A stretch of DNA of 64,000 bases from Bugula neritina (GCA_964035545.1 OZ037766.1:3286001-3350000); one strand, 5' to 3'. Numbered from the stretch's first letter, positions 41,397 through 55,655 are shown. The notes: generated by a model from the sequence alone, not told the origin. Translations and numbers: made by a program.

Positions 41397-43710
41397 TATT
41401 GCTATAATATTTTATTATAGATACTTGAAAGCACAGTTCTTTCTTTTTGATCAGATGTCATTAATTTGAAACTTTAAACTAGCTACTTTTTATTTTCATT
41501 TTAAAATTAAGAAGGTAAATTTACAAATTGCAAATTTTATATTTTATTAAAGCTCAATAATTTATTGAAATTGCTTTACAACAAAGTTTGTTTTGCTGTT
41601 TCAAAAATCATCACTTACATTAATTAAATACTCAATTAATTTTAAGAATACAAGCATACATTTATAATTAACTTACAAATAGATTTTTTTAAATTTCAGG
41701 AAAATGGGCTCAGCTATAATTCTTATTCCGTTTTTTCTCCAATACAAGATATCATGTAGATAGCTTATTGTAACTTTACTGAGATATATTTCAATACTTA
41801 TAACAGTTGCATCAGGTATAAGCTGTATATTGGGACTAACATCAGTGTGGTCTCAAATAAATAAAACAGATAATAAGTTACTGAGAATTTAGAGTCTAAA
41901 AATTATGATTTATAGACGCTTTTTACAATTTCAACCTAATAATGGTGAGCAGTTCTATAACCAATTTAAATTGACAATGTAGATTTCACGTAAACTTTTT
42001 TTTTCTGACGCTCAAGTATAATACACACTACCAGCCATATATAATTTAATAAATTTATTTGTTGAAGCAATTTTATCAACAATAATTCTAGTCTCATCAA
42101 TTGCTAATTATAGAGTAGAGTCTAGCTTTAGTTAATCTGGCTGCCATATTTTTTTAAGTTAATGAGAGATTGTTTAATTGCGAGTAAAATAATATGCAAA
42201 CTGGACTCATTTCTTTTAATCATAGTTTTGGTCTATATTAAATATATTAAAACCAAGTATTATTTTTTATATCAAGTTGAAGCTAAGTTTTTTTTTATTT
42301 TGCAGATAAATGAAAAATTGCAATTAATTTAATTCATTTTTAGCCTAAAAATAATATAATATGTGGAGTTGTTTTGAGTCATTAACTACAATTTTTTAAA
42401 AATGGTTAGCGCTATAATGCTAAAAGGTAGGCTATAATATGATTGGCCTGAAACAACCAATCAGTATGCAAATATTTCACAATTTTATTTATTTGTTACA
42501 ATGTCTAATTTTCGAAATTTCTTAAAAAATTTAAAAATGACACTAATAGCTAGTACACATCAAAAACCATCTGATTTATGAAACCTTTTTAAATGAAGCT
42601 TATGCAGTTGCACTAAAAGTACTCATATCCTGCAACTTAAATACTCTAAAGTTAAATTTTCAATCAAAAAGAGAAAAAGAATATAATATAGTTCAAACTA
42701 AACAAATGCGTATTTCAATAATAATGCACGGTAGCTAAAATAGTTTTTCATAAGATTAAACAGCTTTCTTAAATAATATTTTCTACTTATTTGTAGTTTA
42801 GTTATAATTATTATAAAAATAACATAATAGCCTTAAGTTGTTTAATGTAAAGAGAATATTTACTCTAAGTTTTATGTCTGCAGTATTTCTATTCACATAA
42901 AACTGCACATTATATATAATATGTAATCCTAAATGTGTCGTGTGTCACAAAGGATCAATTGAGACAAAGCAATTATTGCACAATCTGTAAAACTAAATTA
43001 ATAAAATACTACAGAATGTGCTAAAGATTAGATAAAGTTTTGTTCAATTATTATCTATACTTTTAAAGTGTTGCTACGCTTCATTTTACTATGCTTCGCT
43101 TTGTATAGGTATTTTGTCTGTTTGTGTTATCATATATATGCCAACAATATTGCGGTAAGAATAAAATGTATGTTGTGCTTTAGTATCAGTTAATTGACCA
43201 AACTTATTTATATTGAATCTAAGCTTGCTATAGTAATTAGCGCTTAACAGCGTGTTTTGGACCACCGATATTAGCGTTTTTTTACTTTAATTAATGACTA
43301 TATAATAAAATCAAAATGCTGGTGTTTTTTGAAATTGTGATATTTTTGTATTTATTCAACAGAAACTAAAGTTCATTTTAATATTTAAAAAAATAAAAAC
43401 TTAAACAAAAGCTTAACAAGAAAAAACTTTTAAATTTATTGTTATTTGTCCATCAAGGTTCCAGTCGATTCATTCATCATGCATCAGTGTCCGAGGTTAG
43501 GTCCAGATTCTAAAATAATAAATCCCAAAAGTCACATAAATTTAGTAAACATAAAAAAAATTAGAAAAAAATCAAAAAGGAAATATTGAAACTAAAATTA
43601 CTTATAGACAAAAGATTAATGCAATAATTGCAAAGAATAACCAGTTGGTAGATTTTTTTAATTTCTGAACACAAAATGCTGCATCTATAAATAACAACTT
43701 ACTGAAGCAC

Positions 43711-43953
43711 TTAGTACAAAGTGTTGTAAGATGGTTTTCTGTAGCTACCATATGAGGTCCTTCTGTTGTAGCTGTTGTAACCACCTCGTCTGTTGTTGTA
43801 ACCTCTTCTGGTGTTGGAGTATCCTCTGTTGTAGTTGTTATTGTAGTTGTTGTAGCGAGCTGGTCTGTTGTAGCTGCCTCTAGGTGCATATTGCCCATAG
43901 CTAGCAGCAGCAAGTGCCAAACAGACAGACAATAGGATTGCGATGACCTTCAT
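43711..43953 (-). CDS. Secreted class B2 peptide precursor (80 aa)
   Basis: Tandem duplicate of 38236-38505, 9 aa shorter. TATA 44209-44216; predicted introns 43964-44132 and 43510-43702. Confidence 0.9.
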   Translation of the reverse strand: MKVIAILLSVCLALAAASYGQYAPRGSYNRPARYNNYNNNYNRGYSNTRRGYNNRRGGYNSYNRRTSYGSYRKPSYNTLY

Positions 43954-46900
43954 GATTTTTTTGCTAAAAGAATAACAGATTGGTTTACTTTCAAGTTGCT
44001 TTTTATTAGGACAAAATTATTTATTACAATTCATTTTCATTGAGCTTTTAAATATCTTTTGTTACTGATTTACCTTCAGTGAGCTAAATCTTAGTAAAGA
44101 GTAAAACTAGAATCAATATAATATATACTTACAGTTGTATGGTTACAAGACAGCTTGTGTACAGTTGAGATGCAGAGCAGAGAATGAATTCAACATAATC
44201 CACTGCTCTATTTATACTCCACTAGACCGGCACTTGGGTGATTGATTGATGAAGAATAATGACTATTTCTGGTTACACATGTCATGCAGTTTCTTTAATA
44301 TCCTCAAAAACTGCGCCATCATTGCATAACATTACTTTTAAGTTTTTTTGCTGAATAAAGTGGTACCATAGTTACCGCTTGCCGCCATCAATTACCCTGT
44401 AGTCAATTCATTCAATCCCCTCTTGACTTAAAAAACACAACCTACAGGATACAAATAGAAGAACTATGAGCCAAATAGTCTGAAGATGCATGCCTTTTGA
44501 TCATAGCTATTATTATAACCTTGAAACAATAGATCTTTTATCTTTTATAAATTCTTTATTTGATGCCTTTGTTTACAATATTTTTACTACATAATGACTT
44601 CCCATGCAATCTAAAATACTGCAACTTGAATAAGAGTCAACAAAAAGCTTAAAATTAACATAGGTAAAAAGTAAAAGTTATTTAATTTGGCTGTCGGTAT
44701 ATTTGTCTATAATATGCAATAAAAACCAAGATTGTGCAGAGAACAAGTGAGCACCAAGAAATAACTATTTTTCCAAGTTGAAAAGCTAAATTCACAAATA
44801 TACATAATTTCGTATTACAAAAGAACATATTTGGAGTAACCAAATTTATAGCCAGCATTTATTCCCTTTGTTATGTACTCAAACACTTTAAGTTATACAG
44901 TTTATTAATTTGCTAGTTATACTCATTAACCAAGTGCTATCCATTTTAATTTCTTTGAACCTTGGTTTTCCCAATGCCATTAATAATTTTAAGCCTAAAG
45001 TTATGTTTTGCGAGAATCAATTAGGAGACCGCCTCATTTAAGTTTCTAATATACTTTAGTATAATAAACATAAATGACATTTCATACAATTCAAGCAGTT
45101 ACAGCAATGTATAATTATATAAAGAGTGTTTGCTTGTTTTGAAATCCCGCATTTAATAATATTTAATTGTAAAAAGCATAATCGAGAAAAACAAAACTTC
45201 TTCAATAAATGACGCCTCATTATGCAACTATATTGCCTGTACGGTCATATTACAATTCAATCTTGTGGTAAAAAGTTTATAAATAATTTGTTTAAAAGTA
45301 GACTGGAAGAATTGTTTAATGTTTGATGAGATACTGATTTCTGAATCACTTCCAAATGAATAAATTATTTTATGAAAATGAGGCTGTGGTATCGCAGCAT
45401 GTATACGTATATGCGGGGTGACACATGAGAGGGAGGTTATTAATGAGATCTGTACCACTTTATTCATAGTAGCTTGAATATTTATTAATGTTTATTCACA
45501 AGGTTGGATATTGTGCAATAATAATTAAATAATTAGTTTTGCTAATTAGAATTAATCTAAATAAACTATAGATTGCCTAAAATATTTCTCTTATAATTAA
45601 TGTATTACAATTTGTTCACTATAACCCATATCACAGTTTAATGTTTTTTACCAAAAGAAAGATTAGTGTTGTAATACAAATAATTTGAAATGCTTGAATT
45701 AGAAGCTTCCATAATTGACTTTGTTGAATATAGCTGTAAATCTCGCTTATTATGGAACTATAATGAATTGTAAAATTAATGTTTAAATGAAGTTTTAACA
45801 CTTGTAGTCCTAGCTGTAATATAATATATTTTGTAATATAGCAGTTTTTATTGTTTAAGCTTTAATGGGAAGTATTTTAAAATAAATCATATTTTGAAAG
45901 GTGGACGTGGTGATTGGTGTAACCCCTATGCATCAGCTTTCCTGTGGTGTACTAACACTACCCAAATTGCCATTATATTATGCCTTAAACTTTTTGCCTC
46001 AGATGAGTGCACTTTAAGCACAATAAGACTTCCCATTTACTTTATATCCTTTAAAAAGTATCAATTTGTGCGTGGGCCAGTATTGCCTAAACATTGAAGA
46101 TTATAAACTAGGCAAAAACTAATTGGTTGGAGTTGTACCAACCAAAAAGTTCTTCAAGTTTTACAGTAGCTGCTTTGAAATATGCAAGGGCAATCCAAAC
46201 AAAAGTTGCATTACATGATGTTTTTTGAACATTTGAAACTATTTTGCTATAGCAAGTGCGGTGACATTCTTCAGTGAGTACAAGAGTGTATATAAAATGT
46301 AAACACCTTTTAGAACATGTTCTAGAAATTAGAATCAAATTTGGTCACCTTTCACCGCCGTGGTCTTGCTACATGAAATCTGTCTCTTTCTCTAAGTAAA
46401 CTGGGTCAAATATGAATCTTTCCAAACTCCCTTTTGTAAACATAATATTTGCTTCATAATTACGAGTTTCTTCAATTCTTTCAACTTAGATGATATTTTA
46501 CAGGTTTTAAAACCAAGATTTAGTTACGACGAAACTTATATAACATAGGTATTATATAATACAAAAATGCTAATCACTACAACTCTTTTAAAATGAGAGA
46601 TTTTACAAAAGCAGTACCAGAAAGCAACTAACTTAAAAAGAAGGTGATTAGCTAGTAAACAGCTATTAATTTTATTGGGCGCAGTACTTTTAGTTTATAT
46701 AGTAACTTTTGTATGTAAACTAATCTAGTTAAAAGCAAACTTGGCAACATAGTTACTGCAAAACTGGAACACTGTAGAAAATAATAACTGATTTTCAAAT
46801 TTGCATTTTGGTGAAAGCTTTCTGTTTGTTCTGAGCCATCAATGTCATAATCTGAGTCAATGCAGCTCAAGAAGTGAAAGAGAAAAGTAAGCTGCATTCG

Positions 46901-47188
46901 CCTTAATCATAGTTCATTTTGTTTGAAGATGTACACAACCTTCATTTTTTGACAAAATAATGGCTGTACAGTTTTGCATATAGAGATATCGACACAGGGC
47001 AATACCTACTCTAGTTTGTGTATTGTGCAGCAGTAGAGATCAAAGCATTATAGGCATTCATGCTTCTCATATATATATAACAGCTTTTGTGTTGATGCCA
47101 TTAACAAAGGAAAGTACTTCTAACCATGTACATTTATATATTATAGTCTGTTAGATATAATTGTTGATTCATTTTGAACATTTGAAAG

Positions 47189-47270
47189 TGTAAAATAATT
47201 GCCTCCACCGAGATTCGAGCCACAGACCTCCGACTTGCAAGCAGTAACCAATGACGCTTTATACAGGGGC
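47189..47270 (-). mobile_element. tRNA-derived SINE-like repeat, family 1
   Basis: Minus strand CTGCTTGCAAGTCGGAGGTCTGTGGCTCGAATCTCGGTGGAGGCAATTATTTTAC matches 55950-56020. Confidence 0.55.
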
Positions 47271-49854
47271 TTCGGGATTCCAAACAACAGAGAGTTTATG
47301 GCTGTTCACCATAACTATCAACTTGCATGTCTCTTTGTTTCACTTATTAGACTTCAATGCTTACTAATGTGATGTCTTTACGGGCAAAATTTCGCAATAC
47401 TTTAAAATATTACTTGTGTACCACATAGGCACGTCTTTGATTTTAGGAAGTGCATTTATTCGGCAGTTTTTGAATATTTAATGAATAAATTTTACATTCT
47501 ATATTGGATTAGTGTGGTTAGTATGAATAATTATGACGATGCAGTTTAGTAAAGTTATGGCAACTGACACTTTCTGTTATAAACTCGCACTGCACTTCAT
47601 GCCAGGACTCAAACCAGATGAAATAGTTTACTTGTGATTTTTGGCAAAGTAGCAATAAAGTACCAAATCACAGAATCACAACAAGTATACTTTTGCAGAC
47701 AGAGTGACTCTACTGAACTTACAGAAATTTGCCGAGCAACTCTGTAGCACCTTGCTAACTTTACATGCTTTTCAACTTCTATGCAGCAGCAACTGCATCT
47801 TTATTACTTAAAATTTCAACAGCATAATTCACTGTGGTGAACTCGAAGTCTAAAAAAATACCCATTAGACAACAATGTTGGAACTTAAGCATTAAGGAAG
47901 ACCAATTGTAATAGAACATTTTATTAAGCACTATAAGTTACATTAATACTAATGGTATAATTGGAGAAAGTATTACTGGCTTATATTATAGAAAGCTAGC
48001 TAACGACATACAGTATCTGTCTAAAGTTTAAGGTGATTACTCACTTAACAATGCAAATTCATGATTTATTCATAATTTTACTTCTTAGAATAGTAAAATT
48101 TATCCAAGAAAAGTAATAATACAATGCAGTCATTAAGGACACTTTGATTTTCTGTTTCATTCAGTTTATTTTGCTGATCGTATACACAAAGATAGTTATA
48201 GCAGAAATTTAGTTTCGCATAGTTTATTTTAAAACACATTAATTCTATGAATTGTAAAGCCTTTAAATATTACAGCTCTAAACTATGTTTTGAGTGTTTT
48301 GCCAAGGATTTGTTGACTGAAAGCTTAAAGTTTTAGATGTAATCTTGTCTGCTGAATGTGAAGCTCCTATATAGACAGTCTATTTTTAGCCTAAATCCCC
48401 CCTCTGCCAAGTAACCTATTAAGTTTTTTCTCTCATGTCAGCTTGGGGTGCGAAGAGTCTCTTGAGTTGATGATTGCAGACTGAGATATGCACCTGAAAT
48501 GAATCTTTTGCAGCCTCAGGCACCAAAGTTGCCGAGCAGGCTTATGGCACCTCAAAAAATCTTGGTCCCTGTTCAAATCTGAAAAGTTGCAAATCATGTT
48601 GTTATTTTTACCCACCACAAAGCTTCTGGTGATAAACACAGTACAAGTGCCGGTTACTATATTTAAAAGCTTTAATTAATCCCCCTTTACAATAATGATT
48701 TTTTTTATTCAGGTATAATTGATCATATATATATAATAGTAACTTAATTGTGGTAAACTTATAAATTGGATTATAAATAAAATCAACCAACATGATAGCA
48801 CACATGGCCATGCAATAAAAATTTTTGCTTTTAATAACACATTATATATGAAGTGAAAAAGCAACCAACTTTATCTAGATGAGTATATGTACTATACCTA
48901 TGAAAATGATTCAGAATATGTGTATGCATGGTTAATTATTGAAAGTGCGAAAAAGTTTTATATAGCATATACTTTAGAAATGTATATTGCTAATAGCAAA
49001 TAATATATAGTAAAGTCTATATTGTTTTATAGGTTATCAAAGCAATTGAACTGCTAATAATAATATGTTACATCAATTCATAGTTCAATTATCACAATGA
49101 AATATATAAAACACTTGTATGGTGACTTAATATTAACCATTTTACTGTATGTATATTATATTTTAGCAAATAGCATATTATACTCGTCAGTTTCCGGTCC
49201 ATTTTTATATTTTATTATACACACATTTTATGAAATGGAAAATAAGTCAAATTTTAGATGCTATAATGCAGCTGGCAAGCTTTACTTCTTCCTACAACAA
49301 GGACGGCTGTATATGGGTTTAAGAGACCAAACAGGTTTTCTTGTAGCATCTAAATAACTCATGTTTTTAGTCTTGAAAAACTATTTAGTCAATTTTTGAC
49401 AATTTTTTAGCAACAATTAAGCAATATTTTATCACATATTGTAACTTTTAAGTTTAAGACTATCATAAAATATTACTCTATTTTATTTTAATGTTCTGCC
49501 AAACAATTTGAACATTTAATGTATTGCCAAATTACAAAAAAATATTTGCAAAAGTTACGTTTGCAGCAAACAGCACTATAAATCAAAATTTATTTAAGAG
49601 ATTGTTGTTAAGAGACTAGAAAATAAAGGAAGTGATGATGATGCAAAAACCCATCAATAGCAACCCACATTTTTATTTTTCTGAGAATTTTACCTTCAAG
49701 TTAATTTGGTGGATGATTTTTTCACAGATAAATAATGTGCCATTATAGATCGACATTTGTGCTGGCTTGTATTTATAGAACAAATGTCGCGTGATCATAC
49801 GCTGTGATATTGAGGTTGTCAAGGTGTTGAAATCTCTTACTAAAAACATTTATC

Positions 49855-49987
49855 CGATTTGACACACAGGGTAATTAATATTATGTTAATCAATGCCGGT
49901 TTTACAGCATATAAATAGAGTTGGAGTTGACTCAGTTATTCAGAATCTACTTTCTAGCTCAACTGTACACAAGCTGTCTACAGATAA
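49855..49987 (+). promoter_or_regulatory. Class B2 core promoter and exon 1 (gene 50557); homolog at 58500-58630
   Basis: AATGCCGGT-n9-TATAAATAGAG and donor GATAA/GTAAGT; near-identical to the 58927 promoter. Confidence 0.65.
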
Positions 49988-50004
49988 GTAAGTGTCATAT
50001 ATCG

Positions 50005-50005
<1 letters not shown>

Positions 50006-50099
<94 letters not shown>
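50006..50099. repeat. (TA)n microsatellite in intron 1 of gene 50557
   Basis: Direct reading. Confidence 0.95.
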
Positions 50100-50100
<1 letters not shown>

Positions 50101-50556
50101 CATAGCATTTATGTGGTATTAGAATAATGTAGTAAATATAAATATGAATAAATGCTTAAGAACTGACTTTTGTTATTCAATTTTTTAAATACTGTTTGAA
50201 CAGTTACTTTATGAAGTAGAAAAAAGTATAAAATCAATTCATAATAAAATAGACTATATAAACCCAATAAAACAAGTTGTATATTTGTAACTTTGAGATT
50301 ATAAATCTTTGTGGAATATAGTAAATTATGCTATGTGTTTAGAGGTTCAATTGTCCTTTAATAAGCTAGTACTTTAAACATCATAAGCAACATAATAATT
50401 TTACTATTGAAAATTTAATTAAAACTTTCTGGTTAGAACATATACGTAAAAGATTTATTTCATTAATATAGGACTTTATTGGAAAATAGTAATATATAGG
50501 TGATATCAATGTTGATTTAGCTAACAATTATTATTTGTAGTCAAAAACTCAGAATC

Positions 50557-50829
50557 ATGAAGGTCATCGCAATCCTATTGTCTGTCTGTTTGGCACTCGC
50601 TGCTGCTAGCCTTGGGCAATATGCACCCAGAGGCAGCTACAACAGACCTGCTCGCTACAACAACAACTACAACAACAACTACAACAGAGGATACTCCAAC
50701 ACCAGAAGAGGTTACAACACCAGAAGAGGTGGTTACAGCAGCTACAACAGAAAAGGTGGTTACAACAGCTACAACAGAGGGACCTCATATGGTAGCTACA
50801 GAAAGCCATCTTACAACACTTTGTACTAA
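50557..50829 (+). CDS. Secreted class B2 peptide precursor (90 aa)
   Basis: Coding sequence almost identical to 38236-38505. TATA 49910-49917; predicted introns 49988-50540 and 50838-51642. Confidence 0.9.
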   Translation: MKVIAILLSVCLALAAASLGQYAPRGSYNRPARYNNNYNNNYNRGYSNTRRGYNTRRGGYSSYNRKGGYNSYNRGTSYGSYRKPSYNTLY

Positions 50830-52140
50830 GTGCTCCAGTAAGTTTGCATGCCTTTTATATGTAATGTGCTGTATTTTTCTTTTATTTGTTACTACTGAAT
50901 ATAGAAAATAAACTCCAAAATATATAAAGTTTTAGTACCATGTATATGCTGCAATAAATTTGTAGCACAACAACGCAGTAAAATTAATATTTTCTAACTT
51001 CTCTATAAACTGTGTAAATAGACCATTTTCAGAGGTTCCTGAAATCTCCTTTAAAATTGAGAGCTGTGTTCTTCTAAAGTAAATAGGTTGAATCTTTGTA
51101 TAAAAAGCAAACACATTGAAATTTTAAAGTTTGGCTGCTACTTAAAAATTTAATTATGCTATAGAATTGATATTTTAGGAAGTAGATATTTTGGTATAAG
51201 CAAAAAAATCAGCAACGTTCAAAAAAAGTTTTAAAAATAATTCTTCATGGATAATTTTGACAGATATAAACTTGAAAGCATTTTTGTGGTTTTGGCTACT
51301 GCAACTAAACCACAAAAATAAGTTTAAGTCTATAAATTTGCATTGTGCTCAACAAATTTCATTTTGGGAGAGCACAACTCTTAATTTGAGACCTCTGAAA
51401 AGGGTCTATTGACTGTTACATTTAGAAATGTTTTTGAAATATTCAACATTACCAAGTTGATAAGCTTTAACACTGTAGCATAACTAAACTGTATTTATAT
51501 ACTTTGATAAAAAAAGGTGTTTGTTCATGAATAAAGTTTAGGACCAACTGATATATAAAGTAAAAGATTGTTTGGTATTAACTATAATATAATCATATAG
51601 CTGTGTCATTATTTTCTTTCATTTAATTATCATTTATTACAGAACCTTAATGATGAAACTTTGACGATTCTTCCGGAAATGATGACACTCGACTATGAAA
51701 AATAACCTTTCTAACTCTTTTTAATTTTTTGTTCATTCAGTTTTTCCTACTTTAACTTACATCTTTGTTGTTAATTCTTTTGTTGACAAATATAACATAA
51801 TTAAACAATCTACAATCTTCTAAAATATTAGAAAAATTTATAATGTAAATTTAAAAATCACAAAAAAACAATATAGTGATATAATTATACTATCAAATTA
51901 ATTTTCAATACTTACAACAGAACATGCATGTATACACTATAATTTAAACACACATTTTTGCTCCACTCTAGTTGCAATATGCACCAACTACTAAAGCATT
52001 ATTCTTATGTAATAAATTAAAACCTCTTCAAGTAATTATTCTTCAAATTAAAGCTAGAAAACAATATTAATATTATAAAATATTGTCATTGCAAAAATAT
52101 CTATACTTAAAACAATGTTTTTAGTTGACCTTAAGAATTT

Positions 52141-52142
<2 letters not shown>

Positions 52143-52196
<54 letters not shown>
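52143..52196. repeat. (TA)n microsatellite
   Basis: Direct reading. Confidence 0.95.
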
Positions 52197-52199
<3 letters not shown>

Positions 52200-52319
52200 G
52201 TAAAATATATTTTAATACTATAGTTATCAAATAGTGCTCAAAATTTTCTAGGAAAATTGAGCTATAAATACTATAATTATATAGGTTACAATTGACTAAG
52301 ATCTTTATTTAAAATCAAT

Positions 52320-54345
52320 CATATCACCTACAGATTTGTTTGGTAGCACGAAAACTTCTGCCACCCGTCAGGGTGATGCATAAAATAATGAAACAACAAT
52401 ATTGGAATGTAAAAGTTATGGATTTAAAATGCAGCTAAAGTATTAAAAGTGCAATGGGCATTATCATAAAACAAAGCTCATGTATTAAAACCGGTTCAAG
52501 TAAAATTTAGAGCTATGCCTGCACGTTGATGTTAGTTCAGATCTTTTATTTAATCTACATATAAAATTTCTCTAAAATACAAAGCTTGCAACGTTTTGAG
52601 TTGGGATTATAGCCGAGTGCATGGCTAATGATCTTCCATTTGGTCGTGTAGTTGGTGCCTTTATGTTCTAAATACCATAAGTGCTTGCTTAACTCTGTGA
52701 CATTTTTGTATCTTTTGTGCTTATAAGAGCAGGTATGCATGGTTGTATATATAGGTGCTTTTTAAAGTCAGTTTCACATAGTCCGATGTATGTGTTGGAG
52801 CTGTTTGGTGATGTTATGGTGGCCTGGTAGATGATATTGGAGAGTAAGCACTTGCCATTCAGTGGGCAGTTTGATTTTCTTATACAATTGCAGGTTCTCT
52901 TGGTGCTACTGGTGGTTGTTAAGGAGCTTGTCGTTTGGTTAGCCAATTTTCTTTTGTTATTCCTAATAATTTTGTACATTATGTTGGGCATGCAAGAATA
53001 GCTCAGTTTGAGTGTATTTCTATTAAGTATATTTCTAAGAGGATGCTTTGAGTGAAACACTTTGCCTATTATGTTGAGGAATTGTCTTCCCATGTTGGTT
53101 GCAACATGCTTGCTGTAGGGTGGATTGAACTATATAATGTTCCTCCTTCTAGGTTTATTACGGTGTGTTTGTTGCTTCTCATATTGTAATGTGAAGTTGC
53201 ACCCACTCTTTTTTAGGGCGTCCTGGTAGATGTGTGTTTCACTAAATTGCAATTCTCTTTATTAGATGAGAGCTTGGAGAGTATTTTGTTAATGGATTTA
53301 GAAATGTTTCTAATGATAGATTGGGGGTGGTTGCTGTTATGGTGAATGTAGATAGGGGTGTTGTCAGATTTATTATAAATGGTTTATCAGTGGCATCAAC
53401 GAGATTGAGGGTGATATTTAAAAAGTTGATGATTTTCTTGTTGGCCTCGACAATAATTCCTAAGCCAACGGGTTTGAAAATTTTGCATAGTGCTTTCTTA
53501 GTATTTTCCACTTGCCTGGGTAGATCTTTCAGTATGGCTAAACCACCGTCGCGGTACAGCCCGATGTTATTTTGTAGCTCTTTCATCAGTAGTAAATTAA
53601 GGATATACGCTCATACCAAGTCACATATTTCGGCCCCATCATATGAACCCATTGGGACAACAAATAGTTTGTTTTGGGATTTTTTTATCCAGGGTTGATT
53701 AGCATTAAAACTAAGTTTCTGGCCTGCATAATGATGTGAATCTCCCCTGGTGTAGTTATGAAGTGGGTCGTTGCATATTTCAAAGCATCTATAAGTAAAA
53801 GCTCCTGAGTAATGCTAGGGTAAAAGTTTATAATGTCAAAGCTTATGAATGTATAGTTTTGCTTTTTTTCATGCCGTTGAATCAGAGTAAAACTTCTTGT
53901 GTGTTTTTCCATTGGTTTATTTGCGTGGAATCGCGTATTTTGATGTTGATGGTTTCCAAAAGTTGTTCGCTTAAAATTCTCCCTTTTTCTGATTTTGCAG
54001 GGTTGATGAGTCTATATTGCCAGTTGTTGTTAAAATTTTCTTTATGATCTTTGATGGTTATAAATGGTTCCTTAGGTGTCATGGCTTGTACTCTGTCATC
54101 CAGATTAAGTGAGCTCGAAACTTTTTAGCTTCATTGTTTATGCTGTCAAGTGATTTCTGACTTGTTTTCTGATAGTCTTTGGTGATGCATTTGTGCAAGG
54201 CAGTTTGGTAATCCTTAGGTGATACTTGGTAAAAAATAGATGATTTGCCAGCTGGTATGATAACGCTCATTGACCTTTTAGTTTTGTTGGTGTCACTTAT
54301 AAGCTTTTGCTGAACTTGGTCAAGTTGGAGATGTCGGAATTTAAT
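52320..54345 (-). mobile_element. Decayed Penelope-like retroelement (RT plus GIY-YIG endonuclease), frameshifted and 5'-truncated
   Basis: Fragments PFITIKDHKENF, RLINPAKSE, FISFDIINFYPSI, LYRDGGL (degenerate YxDD), CNC..CPLNGKC..IIYQA..TYIGLCE (GIY-YIG), KRCKLCILEK and LNKRSELTSTCRH occur in the order typical of PLE ORFs. Confidence 0.88.
52323..52377 (-). ncRNA. Degenerate type I hammerhead ribozyme motif in the PLE 3' region
   Basis: Minus strand: ATCACC-CTGACGG-GTGGCA(gaagttttcg)TGCTAC-CAAA-CA(aatc)TG-TA-GGTGAT. All three helices pair; the core deviates at A9>G and G12>C. Confidence 0.7.
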
Positions 54346-54347
54346 AG

Positions 54348-54715
<368 letters not shown>

Positions 54716-55204
54716 AATATCTAATAAAGTATTCATTATAAAAAAGAACAATGGCCTAGAACTTAGGGAACTATCTTCCATAATATATATTTAAATCACA
54801 GTTGAATTATAGCATTTGATACAGTCTTTCTTGCAAAATTAGAAGCTGCTGATTAGTATAGCAGAAGATACTAAAATCAATTATTTTATATTACAAATAT
54901 GTTATCAATTTCATAAATTTTAATTTTTTTCAATATATTAGAAATATTTTGTATGGAATAACTCTGAACATATAATTGAATAAAGTCAACCACGATAAAT
55001 GTAATTTAGCAGTTATACAGCTATTATAGCTGGCAGGAAACTATAAAGTGAATGAACTTTTTTAATTAATATTTATCATCTTTATATTATAGCAATTTCA
55101 CTTAAAACGTTTTAGAAAAATCTCATTATTGAAATTGGTAATTTTAAAATAAACTAAGCCTGGCTTAAAAAGGAAGTGAACATTTCCTCCACTATAATTA
55201 GTTT

Positions 55205-55265
55205 ATATATGTATTTAAACATGTATATAATATGAATATACACGTATAATATATATATACATATG

Positions 55266-55320
<55 letters not shown>

Positions 55321-55400
55321 ATGTATATACATATACATGCATATACACATATAGATGTATATATTATGAATATGTATATACTTATACACACATATGACGT
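55205..55400. repeat. Degenerate (TA)n/(TG)n microsatellite
   Basis: Direct reading. Confidence 0.85.
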
Positions 55401-55655
55401 ACATACAAAACTATCACCCATTCTTTAGAGCATTACAGTAAATACACTGTAATATAATAGATTTATATATTCCATTTTTTATAGGATGCCACTAGAGAAA
55501 AGTTACTCTAAAAAGTGACATTGCAAGAAATTGATAAAAATGGATACTTTTTCATTCACCGTTTCTAGATCGTTTAGATGTCAATTGCTGGTATTATCAT
55601 GTATAATAATTCTTATACAATTATATAGTCATATATATTAGAAATTGATAGATTC

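Larger units (their letters stand above)
39025..44472. repeat. Direct tandem duplication, unit 2 (contains gene 43711)
   Basis: Same start and end motifs as unit 1; junction at 39024/39025. Confidence 0.9.

Noticed and set aside
45890-48660. Slightly GC-richer patches with short ORFs (45894, 46108, 46652, 48433), possibly old transposon debris
   Set aside because: Stop-ridden and no motif I can recognise; needs a BLASTx or Dfam search.
51643-51710. SECIS element, C/D snoRNA or stop-codon readthrough explanation for ATGATGA in exon 3
   Set aside because: All stops are TAA, not TGA; the motif is exonic with no consistent D box or terminal stem; the readthrough frame is not conserved.
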